DNA of 64,000 bases from Octopus vulgaris (lineage: Eukaryota): positions 39,432,001 to 39,496,000 of the forward strand of contig OX597830.1 of the NCBI GenBank assembly GCA_951406725.2, given 5' to 3'. Both the position numbers and the translations under genes were made by a program. The notes beneath the pieces are model-generated. The model was not told where the DNA came from. It ran no database searches and saw only the letters and a program-made list of their open reading frames with translations. Below, one piece after another: positions 1 to 13,349 of the stretch (its first letter is position 1; every line of letters starts with the position of its first letter).

Positions 1-914
1 TCATGACCATCGGTAAAGTACAGACGATAAAATGACAATGATTGTGTAAAAATTGTCGACCTCACAAATGGTTGCTCGTTATCACAATGACAAATTTAAA
101 TGCCTTTTGCCAACTTACAAGATCTATACATTTGTTTTATTCGAACTCCTAGGCATTTTGAATCCAGAGGAAGTCGCGTTGTGATGGCAAATTGCAAGCG
201 AAAAACTGCCATATCAAATTTACATGATGTACAGATAGTTGCTTTAGTCAGAAGAGACATATATACATATTACACACAAATATATATACATATATATTTA
301 TATATATACAAATACATTCATGTAAGTATACACATATGCATGTACAAATGAATAAATGTACATACATGCCAACGTATATACTTAGATGATTACATACATA
401 TGAACACATTAAGCGCTCATACATATTTGCATATGTGAATGCGAACACTTATACACACATTTACGTACATACACCCTTTTACACACACATATATATACAT
501 ACATTCATACATACATATATACATACATACATGCATACATACAATAACAGATCGCATCTGATGTAAAGATTTAGATATTAACAGTTAGAAACTGAATGAA
601 AAGAATTGGTAAGTTATTATCACAGCCATTAATCTTTCATTTCTAATATTGAAAAGAAGAGAAAAAATCTAAAAAAGAATTATACGAGATGCGAAAGATA
701 GTAAAGCAAAATGTTTACTGGATAGAGAGAAGACAGTTGAATGATCAGAATAATTGGCTACGAATCATTCGAGAATCTAAGCAGCTATTGATATCGCCAT
801 TTTCAATTTTTGACAAAATATGTCGCTGTTGTGATGACCGATGGCGTAACTTTCTACACGTTCATCGTTCCTTTCCTACTCTATCTTCTACTTATTGACT
901 TACATACTTGCTTT

Positions 915-981
<67 letters not shown>

Positions 982-1011
982 GCTGCTGCTACTACTACTA
1001 TTACTACTACT
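915..1011. repeat. (TAC)n microsatellite
   Basis: Direct reading. Confidence 0.95.
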
Positions 1012-1048
1012 TCATCTTATTGAGATTATATGCATATATGTATATATG

Positions 1049-1336
1049 TGATCACCGTGACCGGCCAGGCTATCAGATGTTACTACATCGCTGGTCACAA
1101 TTTCTTCGCATTGTTTTAGCCTTCAAATGACGCCACCCTGCTGGCTAAGCGAGGAGGCCGATAGAAGAAAGAATGAGAGAGAGTTGTGGTGAAAGAGTAC
1201 AGCAGGGATCACCACCACCCCCTGCCGGAGCCTTGTAGAGCTTTAGGTGTTTTTGCTCAATAAACACTCACAACGCCTGGTCTGGGAATCGAAACCGCGA
1301 TCCCGCTGCCCTAACCACTGGGCCATTGCGCCTCCA
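1049..1336 (-). mobile_element. tRNA-derived SINE family C (plus copy at 27488-27850)
   Basis: ggaggcgcaatggcccagtggttagggcagcgg head; body shared with 27488-27660. Confidence 0.8.
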
Positions 1337-1340
1337 CATG

Positions 1341-1439
<99 letters not shown>

Positions 1440-1467
1440 GTGTGTGTGTGTACGTGTGTATATATAT

Positions 1468-1927
1468 TTACTCTTTTACTCTTTTACTTGTTCAGTCATT
1501 TGACTGCGGTCATGCTGGAGCAGCACCTTTAGTCGAGCAAATCGACCCCAGGACTTATTCTTTGGATACCTAGTACTTATTCTATCGGTCTCTTTTGCAG
1601 AACCGCTAAGTTACAGGGACGTAAACACACCCCCATCGGTTGTCAAGCGATGTTGAGGGGACAAACACAAACACATAAACATATATACACACACACATAC
1701 ATACATACATACATACATACATACATACGACGAGCTTCTTTCAGTTTCCGTCTACCAAGTCCACTCACAAGACTTTGCTCCGCCTGAGGCTATAGTAGAA
1801 GACACTTGCCCAAGATGCCATGCAGTGGGACTGAACCCAGGACCATGTGGTTCGTTAGCAAGCTACTTACCACACAGCTACTTACCACACAGCTACTAAC
1901 CACACAACTACTTACCACACAGCCACT

Positions 1928-1930
<3 letters not shown>
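1468..1930 (-). mobile_element. tRNA-derived SINE family A (internal CA/TA microsatellite)
   Basis: Head ggagtggctgtgtggtaag...gggttcagtccc, tail gaaacaagtaaaagag; this copy has a 15-bp unit repeated four times in the head. Other minus copies at about 11800, 16120, 18243, 34744, 39497, 45682, 47952, 51285, 59490 and 62480; plus copies at about 6965, 26400 and 59747. Confidence 0.9.
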
Positions 1931-2008
<78 letters not shown>

Positions 2009-2011
<3 letters not shown>

Positions 2012-2760
2012 CAATAATAAAAGGATAAAATCAATTAATTATTAATTAATTTTATCAATTAGTGTTCAGTATGTAAGAAGACCATTTACGGTATATTTAA
2101 AACATTACGTTATATAATTAGGGTCCAGTAAAATAATTTACTTTACCATACACCGAACTTTTAGAAATAGCAGCCAAAAAATCTTAGCTATTTCTTCTAC
2201 TATAAGAAAAATCTCCCAGACAATGTATACTCAAAAATAATTCACGCAGGTATGGAGGGAAAAATAACGAAAGATCACATGTACATAAGATTACTTGAGA
2301 ACGTACGTGTCTAGATTAGTTGAATTTAAAGATCAACATTTCCTTCGTCAGCTCAAAGATTTCTTAGATTTGGATTTGAGAGCACTAAAAATCATTTGTA
2401 CTTTTTGAATTCGTTGGTACTGGCGGTCGAAGATGGTTTGTCTGGGATTACTTATATCAGACGGGTATGTTCGATTTTTAGTGCTCTCAAATCCAAATCT
2501 AAGAAATCTATGAGCTGACGAAGGAAGTGTTGATCTTTAAATTCAACTAATCTAGAAACGTACGTTCTCAAGTAATCTTATGTACATGTGATCGTTTGTT
2601 ATTTTTCCCTCCATACCTGCGTGAATTATTTTTGAGTATACATTATCTGGGAGATTTTTCTTATAGTAGAAGAAATAGCTAAGATTTTTTGGCTGCTATT
2701 TCTAAAAGTTCGGTGTGTGGTAAAGTAAATTATTTTACTGAACCCTAATTATATAACGTA
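2009..2760. mobile_element. Fold-back Penelope-like (PLE) derived insert in (TA)n
   Basis: Inverted arms 2106-2393 and 2473-2760 (about 8 differences), 79-nt spacer, unpaired extension 2009-2105, (TA)n on both flanks, hammerhead motif in the arms. Confidence 0.75.
2511..2570 (+). ncRNA. Type I hammerhead ribozyme motif
   Basis: tgag-CTGACGA-[imperfect stem II]-GAA-ACGTACGT-T-ctca; palindromic stem III. The mirror copy at 2296-2355 (-) has GAAA changed to GACA. Confidence 0.7.
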
Positions 2761-2781
2761 TATATATATATATATATATAT

Positions 2782-2836
<55 letters not shown>

Positions 2837-3442
2837 CGCAAACAGACAGATAGATAAATAGGTAGATAGTGGAGGCGCATAACTCAGAGGTTAGAGCGTC
2901 GGGCTCATAATCATGAGGTAGCGAATTCGATTCCCGGACAGAGCTGTGCGTTGTGTTCTTGAGCAAGAACTTTATTTCAAGAGCAAGACACTTGCACTTG
3001 TTTCACGTTGTTTGAAAAAAGGTTCGCTTCTATATTTTTGTTTTTATGTTTTCGTTTCTCATTGTGTTCAACGTTTTTTGATGTCCTGTACCCATATATG
3101 CATTTATCATGTATATATACATATATATGTAGGTATGTACATATATGCATATATTTATATATTATTTATATTATGTATATATATATGTAATAAATGTGCC
3201 CTTTTAAAGCTTAGCCAGGCTCATGGGCCCGGTTTCCCGGTTTCAATGGTGTATCTGTTCCCCAGCTGGAAGGGATGCCAGTCCATCGCACTGTTACTCA
3301 TTTTTGCCAGCTGAGTGGACTGAAGCAACGTGAAATGAAGTGTTTTGCTCAAGAACACAACGTGTCGCTCCGTCCAGGAATCGAAACCACAATCTTACGA
3401 TCATGATGCTGACACCCTAACCACTAAGCCACACACACACAC

Positions 3443-3488
<46 letters not shown>

Positions 3489-4115
3489 ACACATACATAC
3501 ACACACGCACAAAACAATATTAATGTTTGTGGCTGCAAGCTAAAACTGTATAGGGAAAATTAATAGAATTATATAAAAGAATTATATATAGTAATGTCAC
3601 TTTTTTTAAAAGACACCAGCTTTACTAAAAATAAGAATCAAAACACTCCTAAGCCACAACTGTTACCACTATATTTTCACAGATATGGTTGGCATTAAGT
3701 AAGGGAATTAAAGATTGCGTCTTACTTCTGCAAAATTGCAAGAAGGAATCCCAGTTAACTTGATATCATGATTTCAAATTTAGCACCAAAAACACAATCA
3801 AGTCTACTAGTAACAAACACTTATATATCACTTCAACCAATGCCTGAGTTCGCTTCAATGCCCAAGACGCACTGAGAAAAACGAATTAAATGAATGCAAT
3901 TTTTTTAATAAAAAGTTTTTTTAAAATGTTTACACCAATGACTCGCCTCTCTACCATTTGCTCAAATTATTCAGGTCTAATCAAATATATTCAGAACATA
4001 AAGTCTGTTGTGCTCGTGTGTTAATGTTAGGAATGATTCTTATTGCTATGGCCATTAAAGAAATTAGCACATCCAAATATTTATTTTTGAACGTTATATA
4101 TAAGAGACATACACA

Positions 4116-4147
<32 letters not shown>

Positions 4148-4646
4148 ACGCATTAACACAACACATAATTGAAAATATATTTTATTCAAAAATGTAATTT
4201 CTTTTTATCATTTAAAATTTACAATATGTTCTTTAAAAAAGTTATTCGAGATAAAATTATGTTTCTAATAAAACAGCTAATCTGAAAATAAATTGAAAAT
4301 AAATTTCGTTTTAAAACAATTATCATTTCTTATCATTTTAAAAAAGAATTAGTTGGAATAAATTTTTTTGTATTTCTAGTTTTGTGGGGTGGGGGGTGTT
4401 TCTTTCTGTTTTGTTTTGTTTTTCTTGTTTGTTTGTTTTTGATTTTTTGGGGTTTTTTTCAGAATATATATTTTCATCAATACTTTTAGACAAATACGTC
4501 TTTCGATATACTTTACAGTAACTTATGTCTTCGATCAATTTGTATTTCGTTCAGTCTGTCTTGCGCAGAATATACTTTCAATGAATGTGTTTTCGATGAA
4601 GGTGTGTGTATATTTATATATTGATACATATATATGTATAGATAGA

Positions 4647-4694
<48 letters not shown>

Positions 4695-4948
4695 AGAAAA
4701 TAGATTGAACGACGTTCTTTAGTCCATATCAACACAATTGCTTCCACACAAAGTCACACTCGTAGTACAAAGGTGAGATGATATAATTAACATTGCGTAA
4801 TTACTATCATCCGTCAGAGGTGTGAAACGCGTTTCTTCAGGTGGTTATTTTGAATGAATTATTCGTTACATCAGACTGTCCGAATATCCAAAGCAGTGTG
4901 CTATAGAAATACTAAGTCACGACCATGTTTTTCCATGCAATATATATG

Positions 4949-4987
<39 letters not shown>

Positions 4988-4991
<4 letters not shown>

Positions 4992-5615
4992 AATAGTAAA
5001 AAGTGAAAAAACTACAGAAGGCTTGTTTTAAAAGGTTAAAGAAAATATATTTGAGTCATTATGTCTGAAGAATGTTATAAATTTTTTTCATACAATGACA
5101 TACTTTTTGAAGAAATGACCGGTTTCGCGTTCAGCTTTTCAAATTTCTTACATCGTTATGTTTACGTTGAGAAATGTGAAGGAGAGAGTTCCAGGTAAGG
5201 GGGGGTAATAAGTGATTTCTTCCGGTGTAAGGGAGATAATCGCTTAATATTTCTTGCCTTTTTTTTGGAGTGAGTTTCTCTGTATAAGAATGTTGGAATA
5301 TATATATTGGAAGGTTTGGAGATGATGTACAGGTATTATATATTAGAAGAAATGAGGTAATCAGAAGATCGGATGGTTTATATTTACAGATATTTATTTA
5401 TATATTACATTTTTTACATATGTGTGTGTATGAGAAATTGTGGTAAGCACAAGTTTATATCAATAGTTCCTACGTACATTTTACTATTATGGTTTCTTGA
5501 AACCATGCATTTGGTGTTCCAAGTGCATTCGGATGCTTAACCAGAACGCATATGCAAAAGGGTTCCAAGCAACCATAATGGTTTAACGTACGTAGGAACT
5601 AATAATATAAACTTG
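4988..5615 (-). mobile_element. PLE-derived insert next to (TA)n with diverged inverted repeat
   Basis: Follows (TA)n; holds the 5110-5149 hammerhead; imperfect inverted repeat around 5451-5500 / 5560-5613 (tagttcctacgtac / gtacgtaggaacta). Confidence 0.55.
5110..5149 (-). ncRNA. Minimal type I hammerhead ribozyme, U3-A8 variant
   Basis: Minus: aagaaat-TTGAAAA-gc tgaac gc-GAA-ACCGGT-C-atttctt; perfect 7-bp stem I, palindromic stem III, GUC site. Confidence 0.75.
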
Positions 5616-5721
5616 ATAACTTCTTCTTTTGCTCTGTATTTCAGTACTTCACAACTAATGACAGTACTATGTAAAGTAGTTGATTGACCACTATACTAGA
5701 AGCAGACGGGACTATGGTAAT

Positions 5722-6563
5722 CTGAGGGGTACCCATAAGAAACTGGGATTTTGCACTATCATTTTATTCACATAGTTTTACATGTTTACACTTTTATCGC
5801 CTTCAAAGTGTTCTCCATTTGAAAGAATGTATCGGTTCAGACGCGTTTTCCATTGTTCGAAGCAGACATGAAACCCTCGCGAAGTAATGCCTTTTAACGC
5901 CTCCATCGTTTTTTCTTCACGTCTGCAAAACGTTTTCCATTAAAGACTGTTTTCATTCGGGGAACGAAAAAATTTGCAGGAAGCAAGATCAGGTGAATAG
6001 GGAAGGTGGGTAAGCAGGGTCATACCATTTTTGATCAAAAACTGTCTCACACTTCCGTGCGCAAGCGGAGCTCAAATATTGCTGCAACTCTTTTCATTTG
6101 CAACTCCTCGATCAAAATTCGTTGACATAAGCTCCAAGGTACACCAGTCATATCAACAAGTCCATTAATTCTTTGGTGATAGTCCTTCAACATCACTTCA
6201 TGAATTTTCGTGATGTTTTCATTCGTTCAAGAGGTTGGCGATCGCCCTGAACGAAGTTGGTCTTCAAAGCGACAAGAGACCATTCCTAAAACGAGAAAAC
6301 TAGGCTTAAACTTATTTTATGCTCATGGCAGCGTCCTTGTAAGCTGTTTGAGGCATGCTGTTTCTTCGTTTCAGCCATCGCAAAAATCGACGAACAGGGG
6401 AGAAGCATTGCAAAACAAAGACGCACCACGTGGCAGTACGACCTCAGTGGACGCCGCTGTCGGCAGACTGATGCATCAAGTGGCTTCTAGCGGTGGTAGC
6501 CTGAACTACAACGGGTTTGTCCTACAGAGAGCGTTTCCGGTTACTTTCGGGTACCTCCGCATA
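5722..6563 (-). mobile_element. Internally deleted mariner-type DNA transposon
   Basis: TIR-like pair gaggggtacccataagaaactgg (5724) / ccggttactttcgggtacctccgcata (6537-6563); interior resembles decayed mariner transposase. Confidence 0.65.
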
Positions 6564-6601
6564 TGTGTAACAGTCGTACATCTGTTTGTTCACACAAGAT
6601 A

Positions 6602-6640
<39 letters not shown>

Positions 6641-7499
6641 TGTGCATGTAGGATTTCTGAAAGTGATGCATTTCATATTGAATTAATATTTCTTGTGGCT
6701 CTAAAAACGTATGTTACCTTACTAGTTAACTAACGACACTAGTGAGAAGATGGAAGATAATTGTTTCGACCACAAACATAGTGACAATGATGATAGGAGC
6801 AGAGGAGTATCCAGGTTCTAAAAAGAAAAGAACGGGCAGATGAAAAAAATGGCGTAAGTATACTACCAGTTAATTTCGAATTCATTGAATATATTATATT
6901 TTCTGCTTCACATTTGGAAACGAGGAAAATACAGTTTTAAAGAAGTGTATGCATAACAACGTAAAGGAGCAAGTATGCCTGTATGGTTACGAAGCTCATT
7001 TTGCAGCCGTGTAGCTTCGGGTCCAGTTTCACAGCACTGGACCTTGGGCAAGTGTCTTCTACCATTACCCCAAGTTGACCACTGAATTTACAAGATGGAA
7101 ATTGAGTGGAAGCCTGTCGTACATACATAAATACATACATACATACATACACACACACATATATGCACATTTGTGTGTTTGTATTTTCCCCCCACCAGTT
7201 GAAAAATCGGTGTTGGTTTGTTTACGTTCCATAGCTTTACAGTTCGTCAAAATCACTGAAAGGATTTTAAAGATTATAAATATTGTTTTCTATCCGATCG
7301 ACTAAACTCTTCAAGTCAGTGACCTAACGTGGCTGCAGTCCAATGGCTGAAACCAGTTGCAGATTTTGTATTTCAAAATCAAAACATAAGAAAAAGAAGG
7401 TTCCATTAATCGTTATTGTATTTAAAATCAAAACGTCATAAAACACACAATAAACCGTAAAACGAAAACAAAACAAAAATTACATACAGCAACTACTAT

Positions 7500-10400
7500 T
7501 TCATGATTAGTAAAGCTTCTAGTTTTGTAAAGTTATTTACGACTGCTGTGCTGTAATCCATCTCATCAGTCATATATCTTTTAAAGGAGAGAGATATAGA
7601 AATCGAAGCTAATCTAGGTAATCTTTCATTGCCAATTATAGAAGATATGATGCATATAATGTAGATGAATCACCTAAAAGATCGTTCCACAATGACGTTA
7701 GCAACCGGTGAAGTCAGAAGTATATGATATAGTACGGACAGGTTAGGAAGTATATCATTGGTGATCATGAATTTAAGTACACTGTTAATGGTCATTAGTG
7801 CGACATTTGAGTTTACTACACTGCCCGTACTTATTAACGCTTTCAACGTGTCTTTAAATGAAAGGAACTTTTGTGTGAGTTCATTTTAATTGAGGTTAAT
7901 GTCAGATTTCTTGATTTCTAAAAATACTAATACGTTTATGTTAGCTATCATGTCAAATCAGCTCTGAATTTGGAGGCTATATTCTTACAAAGCTGTGATA
8001 TTTTAACTGTGTTGATTATAACAGAATCAGAGAACATTGAATTTCTTTTAGGTATCCAAATACTTTTCCACTCTCTGCAATTTCATCGTGGAAATTTTTT
8101 ATCAATAATATTAATACACCAATTTGTTTTTTGTTTTTTTGTACGTACCTGATGCGTGTGTCATGCTTTAGAGAAAGAAATTGTTGAAAGAAATTCTGTT
8201 GCTTAAATAAAAAAAATTTTAACTAGATCTCTTATAAATTCTGGAAGAGATTTAAAAACAGCCACCTATGTGGTGTATTATTACTGCAGCTCAACACCCA
8301 TGCCTACTGGGCCAACGAAGCAGTAACAGCCTCAATAGGAAAATTAAGATACTTAAATCTGACGAGTGTGTCGAGTAAGGGAGAGAGGAAGTGAGAAAGA
8401 AAGTGAGAGAGTGAGAGGGAATGGTTTAATTCCTTTGAATTCCTTTCTACGATGGAACTGAAATTGACCCCTGACTATTAAAGGCCCAACCACACACACA
8501 TTTGTTTTAGGTCTTCTACCCATTTGAATTCGACCATACACCAGATAACGTTAAGTCTTATGTTCCGAAATATAAATTTTGAATTTGTTTTAATTATAAA
8601 ATTACACCTCAGCTAAAAAAACATATTTTGGCTTTCGAATACAACCTTTTCTTTCTCTTTTTGTTAAGTTACAATTTTTTTTTTTTTAAGATGTTTTTGT
8701 TAAATTACAATTTCTCTGCTTTGGTCAGGATTTTGCCAATTTCTTTTTTCTTGTATCAAGTAATGGATGAAGGCATTAAAAAAATTAACTTCATAGAGCC
8801 GAACAAAATCAAAAATATCAATTCTATTTTTTCCCTTTCCTTAATGCTAACAAAAACATAGGATGAGAGAGATTTGGCAGTTATTTCTAGCAAATTGAAC
8901 AACCACACAGAATTATTCAATTGGCTTATTTGTTGATGTGCATAAATAAACAAAACTAAAAGACGCACACACGTATATATATATATATATATATATTGTA
9001 CAAAGGATCGTGGGTAAGGTCAAAACAATGCGAAGTAAATGCAAGGTAAATCACAAGAAAACAAATATGTGAATTAATGTAGATTTCGGGGTTATGACCC
9101 AATTTTCAAGAAATAGACGAATGTTGCCGATGTATGTGTGAGCATGTATGGAGTGGACATGCGCGGAAAGGTGTTGCTATAGCAACCAGCTAGCTTCCTG
9201 TAACTATCTTCTGTTGGTGATCTTGGGTTTCTTTTGGTGTATGAGGATGGCCTCAGAGATTCTAAGGTTGCCCCTGTTCCGCTGTGTTGCCTTCATGTGC
9301 ACTGTGAATTCCCGATTCTGGCATTTCCGTAGGTGTTTCTTCACGGAAGTGTCTGCCTGCATGTGTTCAGCTAGTTATGTATTAATATTACATTTTTTAA
9401 CCAGCTCAGTTACTGTATTTTCAATCTGTTTCAGTTGAGATATAAATACTTTTCGCCTAAGTAGATGCCTTTATCAGATCTAGATTACTTTTCTGTAAAG
9501 ATATGGATAATTGAAAGCCTTGTCTAGCACTCTGTTCCAAAATATAAAGACAACAAAAGATTGTATTTACTTAGTGATTTTAATACATCCTTTACCTCTT
9601 CTAACTCTTTGGGAGTACAGTTATCTATCAGACTGTTCAATTTTCTTCGTAGTGCAACTACGAGCGCAAATAAATCCTGCAAGTCTACTCCTATTGATGA
9701 CTTCTCGGATGTTCATTTGGTGCCAGAAACTCTCTTTAGAAGATAACGAAAAATATGGTATCATTGCGTTGATCCTTTAATATTGAAATATGAAGCTACC
9801 TGAAAAAGTAACATAAACACTCTATGGAGTTAAAAATAAATAAACACGCAAGAGCAAAAACAAAAAACAATAACTTGGTTTGAATAGTAAAGATTCCAGC
9901 ATCAAATAAAACCAAATTTAAATAATGAGCGCAGGAATGTACAAAAATTTCATTTAAAGGAATTCCCTTTTACCCTTGTTTGGCTACCAGATACTTCGCC
10001 CAACATGATGTCAGGCCCCCATCTTAAGACTGTCTGTAACATATAGTTACTGAGAGCAATAAGTGTTTTTTATTGCTGGGGAAATAAGGTTGAAAACCTC
10101 TTCAGCCATTACACCAAGTATCTCATTGAATTTTATAAATCGATCCCTAACATTATCGTTTACTGTTAAATATTGGAAGAATAAAGAAAATCGATCAGTT
10201 TTGAGTTAACAATTATAACAAAGTACTCAGCCATCTTGATTTCTGCTGTTATCTTTAGTATAACCTGAGCCGATAATAATTTTAACCGATTTGTTTTAAG
10301 TCTTTTCGATCACTTCGTAATATATGTTGCACTGGTCATGTGTCAGTTTTGTAATCTAGTTACTATAATTTTTACTTTGAGAATGTATATGTTGATGACG

Positions 10401-11630
10401 ACAAAGACTATTGAACACCGGTTTCTATTTCCCCAAATAGAGAATCACATCCATAAAATGGATTAGAATAATCCACTTCCCTCTCCATCTCTCTGTTGTT
10501 ATATTGCAGTCAATGATCGTTTATAGATTTACTGTGTCATCTTCGTCCTCTATAGGATAGTCAGCTAAAATGATCAAGCCTTCAAGGGATTCCATTTCCC
10601 CACCCGTGCAGCTGCAGCAGACAAGACACTTTCGCCAATCTCTACGCCTATAATAAGTACTGACAAATCTTTAGAGAATTCCATCTCAGCTCCAATCCTA
10701 CTCAGCCGGTTATTGTTTCCATCTTCTGGGATAAACGTCGGTAGCGAATCTTCAGTAAGCTCTATCTCTGTCATTGAATGTCGAATGACAAATAAGTGTC
10801 TAATACGAGATTTGGATCATTCTCTATCTCAATTTTCCTTAGTTCCAATAAGAGCGTTTCTGATTACTTTTTTTCTCCATGGTATTTTCCTTAAAAATAT
10901 AATATAAACTAGTTTTTTTTCTAGGCAATCTTAACCATAGTCATGGTATAACACACAATAAAATATAAAAAGCAACTTAAATTTGCTTTTACATAATGGA
11001 CTGTAGGCTACAGCTAGACGATCGTAAATTCCATGCAGATGTTTTATGAAGTAACTCTTTTGTGTTAGTTCACGAAACAGCAATATTCTTTTGCTTACGC
11101 TGCAACAGATGGTATCAGCGTGTGACAAGAATATATTATAGTAATTTGATTACTGGCAGTAATCCTTAGTTCATCATTGATTTTTAATTATGAAAAACGA
11201 GCTTCATAGTGTATGCATATTTCTCATATATTATGTTAAATATTTCATAAGCTATAATATGCTTAATTGTGTTCTATATTTATTAATTTTTCGTTTCAGT
11301 AATTGTGTAATTATGTATGAAACTTAAATATAATTTGGATTGTGATTTGTGATATGGAATAGATGATATTCCACGACGGCGTCAAAGATCAGAAAGCAAG
11401 TATCACAACTATATATTTTAGCTCTCTAGATGCCAGTAGCTCCCGACAGATGGTATGTGACTGATTACAGGTTTCAAGGAATTGGCAGTGGGAAATTGGT
11501 CGACTAAAGTAATACATGAAGTTCAGAAAGTTCTTCTAAGTCCATGTGCTAACGTAAAAGAACATACAAATAAAAATTATGAGATACGACTTTTATTGCA
11601 TTAGGGATCTGATTGGGCTAAAAACTGGTA
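7500..11630 (-). mobile_element. Decayed hAT transposon (ZMYM1-like transposase relic)
   Basis: Minus translation near 7520-7760 gives ILPNLSVLYHILLTSPVANVIVERSFR*...IGNERLPRLASISI (hAT dimerisation domain); LKRVSGTK*TS near 9710-9740; many stops and frameshifts; interrupted by younger inserts. Confidence 0.75.
8998..9372 (-). mobile_element. 5'-truncated Penelope-like retroelement (GIY-YIG C-terminus plus 3' end)
   Basis: Minus translation AEHMQADTSVKKHLRKCQNREFTVHMKATQRNRGNLRISEAILIHQKKPKITNRR* fits the EH..H..LEAI.I..KP.IN end of PLE GIY-YIG; degenerate TTGAAAA-gggtcataaccc-CGAAA hammerhead-like motif near 9084-9109; ends at (TA)n. Confidence 0.7.
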
Positions 11631-11799
11631 ACAAGATGTCACATTTGAAGAATGCGCTCAATGGAACCGGTTGCACCTCAGCATTCTTTCCGTTGTATTG
11701 ATAATCCATTAGAGAGGTTTCAATCAGTAATTCTCTCGCTGAATATCCAATATCGTAATGACATGGCCACCGAAGCTTTAAAAGCCATGTATATATATA

Positions 11800-12168
11800 T
11801 TCCTTTACTTGTTTCAGTTATTTGTCAGTGGCCATACTGGAACACCGTCTTAGGAGTTTTTTGTTGAACAAATTGACTCCAGAACTTATTTTTTAAGCCT
11901 AGTATTTATTCTATCTTTTGCTGAACCGCTAAGTTACGGGGACGTGAACAAATCAACACCGGTTGTCAAGCGGTGATGGCGGAACAAACACAGACACAAA
12001 GACACACACATAGATATATACATATGTATACGATGAGCTTCTTTCAGCTTCTGTCCGCCAAATCCACTCACGAGGCTTTGGTCGGCCTCAAGGTGCCACA
12101 CAGTGGGACTGAACCCGGAACTATGTGGTTAGGAAGCAAGCTTCATACCAGATAGTCACACCTGCGCC

Positions 12169-12170
<2 letters not shown>
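11800..12170 (-). mobile_element. SINE family A
   Basis: Homologous to 1468-1930. Confidence 0.85.
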
Positions 12171-12260
<90 letters not shown>

Positions 12261-12286
12261 CGTACGTACATACATGCATACAGACA

Positions 12287-12343
<57 letters not shown>

Positions 12344-12359
12344 TTATTTATTTATTTAT

Positions 12360-12730
12360 TTAACGAAATGTTAGTATCAAGCAGCGTTTAGGTGTAAGTA
12401 AAATTTATGTTAGTTAAAATGTGTTAGTGACATATTTCAACTACGAAAAGACAGTTACTGTGAAGAAAATATCTCCCTTATGGTAATAAGGTGTGAAAAC
12501 TCCCGGTTTGTTCAATGTCACCGTCTATCAGAGTTGCCTCTCTTAGGTACATCTGTCTCATCGACAAGAGTCAATAAACACGAAACGTCGATGTCTGCGA
12601 TTCCCGAGAAAGGGTGACACTGAACGAACTGTGTATTTTCACACCTTTTTACCATATGAGAGATTTTTTTCTCCTCGGTAACTGCAATGTATTTACCTTT
12701 AGCATTTGTAATATATGACAAACATATTTC
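12360..12730. repeat. Old diverged fold-back element beside (TA)n, probably PLE-derived
   Basis: Imperfect inverted repeat about 12453-12522 / 12612-12685; loop has catc-gacaaga-gt..ac-GAAACGTC-gatg, a decayed hammerhead-like pattern. Confidence 0.45.
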
Positions 12731-12830
12731 AAATATAACCTAAATTGTGATTATTCGTAAACACAGCTTAGCGGCATTACTCCGATATAGATAGATAGAT
12801 AGATAGATAGACAGACAGACATACAGACAT

Positions 12831-12921
<91 letters not shown>

Positions 12922-13272
12922 TAGATGTGGATGTGTGTATGCGTATGTGTGTATACACTTATTTGTGCGTGGTGTGTGTGCGTACGAGTGCGTGTGTATG
13001 TGTGTACGTGCGCGCGTACGTGTGTGTGAGAGAGTCACTCTTCCACCAAACGAAAAGCACACAAGAAACAAGAAAACGAAACGCGCTGGAATAAAAAGGA
13101 AGAAATAAATAAATAAACCAAACATTCCCGGTTATTTAGAGAGAAAAAAACAGGCACAAAACAATAGTGAACGAGACCAAAATGAATATAAAACAAGGAT
13201 TTCAGAAATGTAACTAAATAAAAATGAAAATCAAAAGACGTGTCAATTTATTTTTAATGAGCTGTCATTTAC

Positions 13273-13349
13273 CTTGCTTTGTTTCCTTGCCGCCATTTTT
13301 TTCGTTTTCCTTGATAAGTTTTGCTTCATCGCAGGAGATTTTATCCATT
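13273..13349 (-). CDS. Candidate exon of an unidentified gene
   Basis: ttttaattatttag|AATGGAT...AAAGCAAG|gtaaat; 77 nt, non-repetitive; open as MDKISCDEAKLIKENEKNGGKETKQ or ...MAARKQSK. No homology recognised. Confidence 0.4.

Noticed and set aside
6210-6686. 158-aa plus-strand ORF
   Set aside because: Antisense to a mariner relic and ends in (GT)n.
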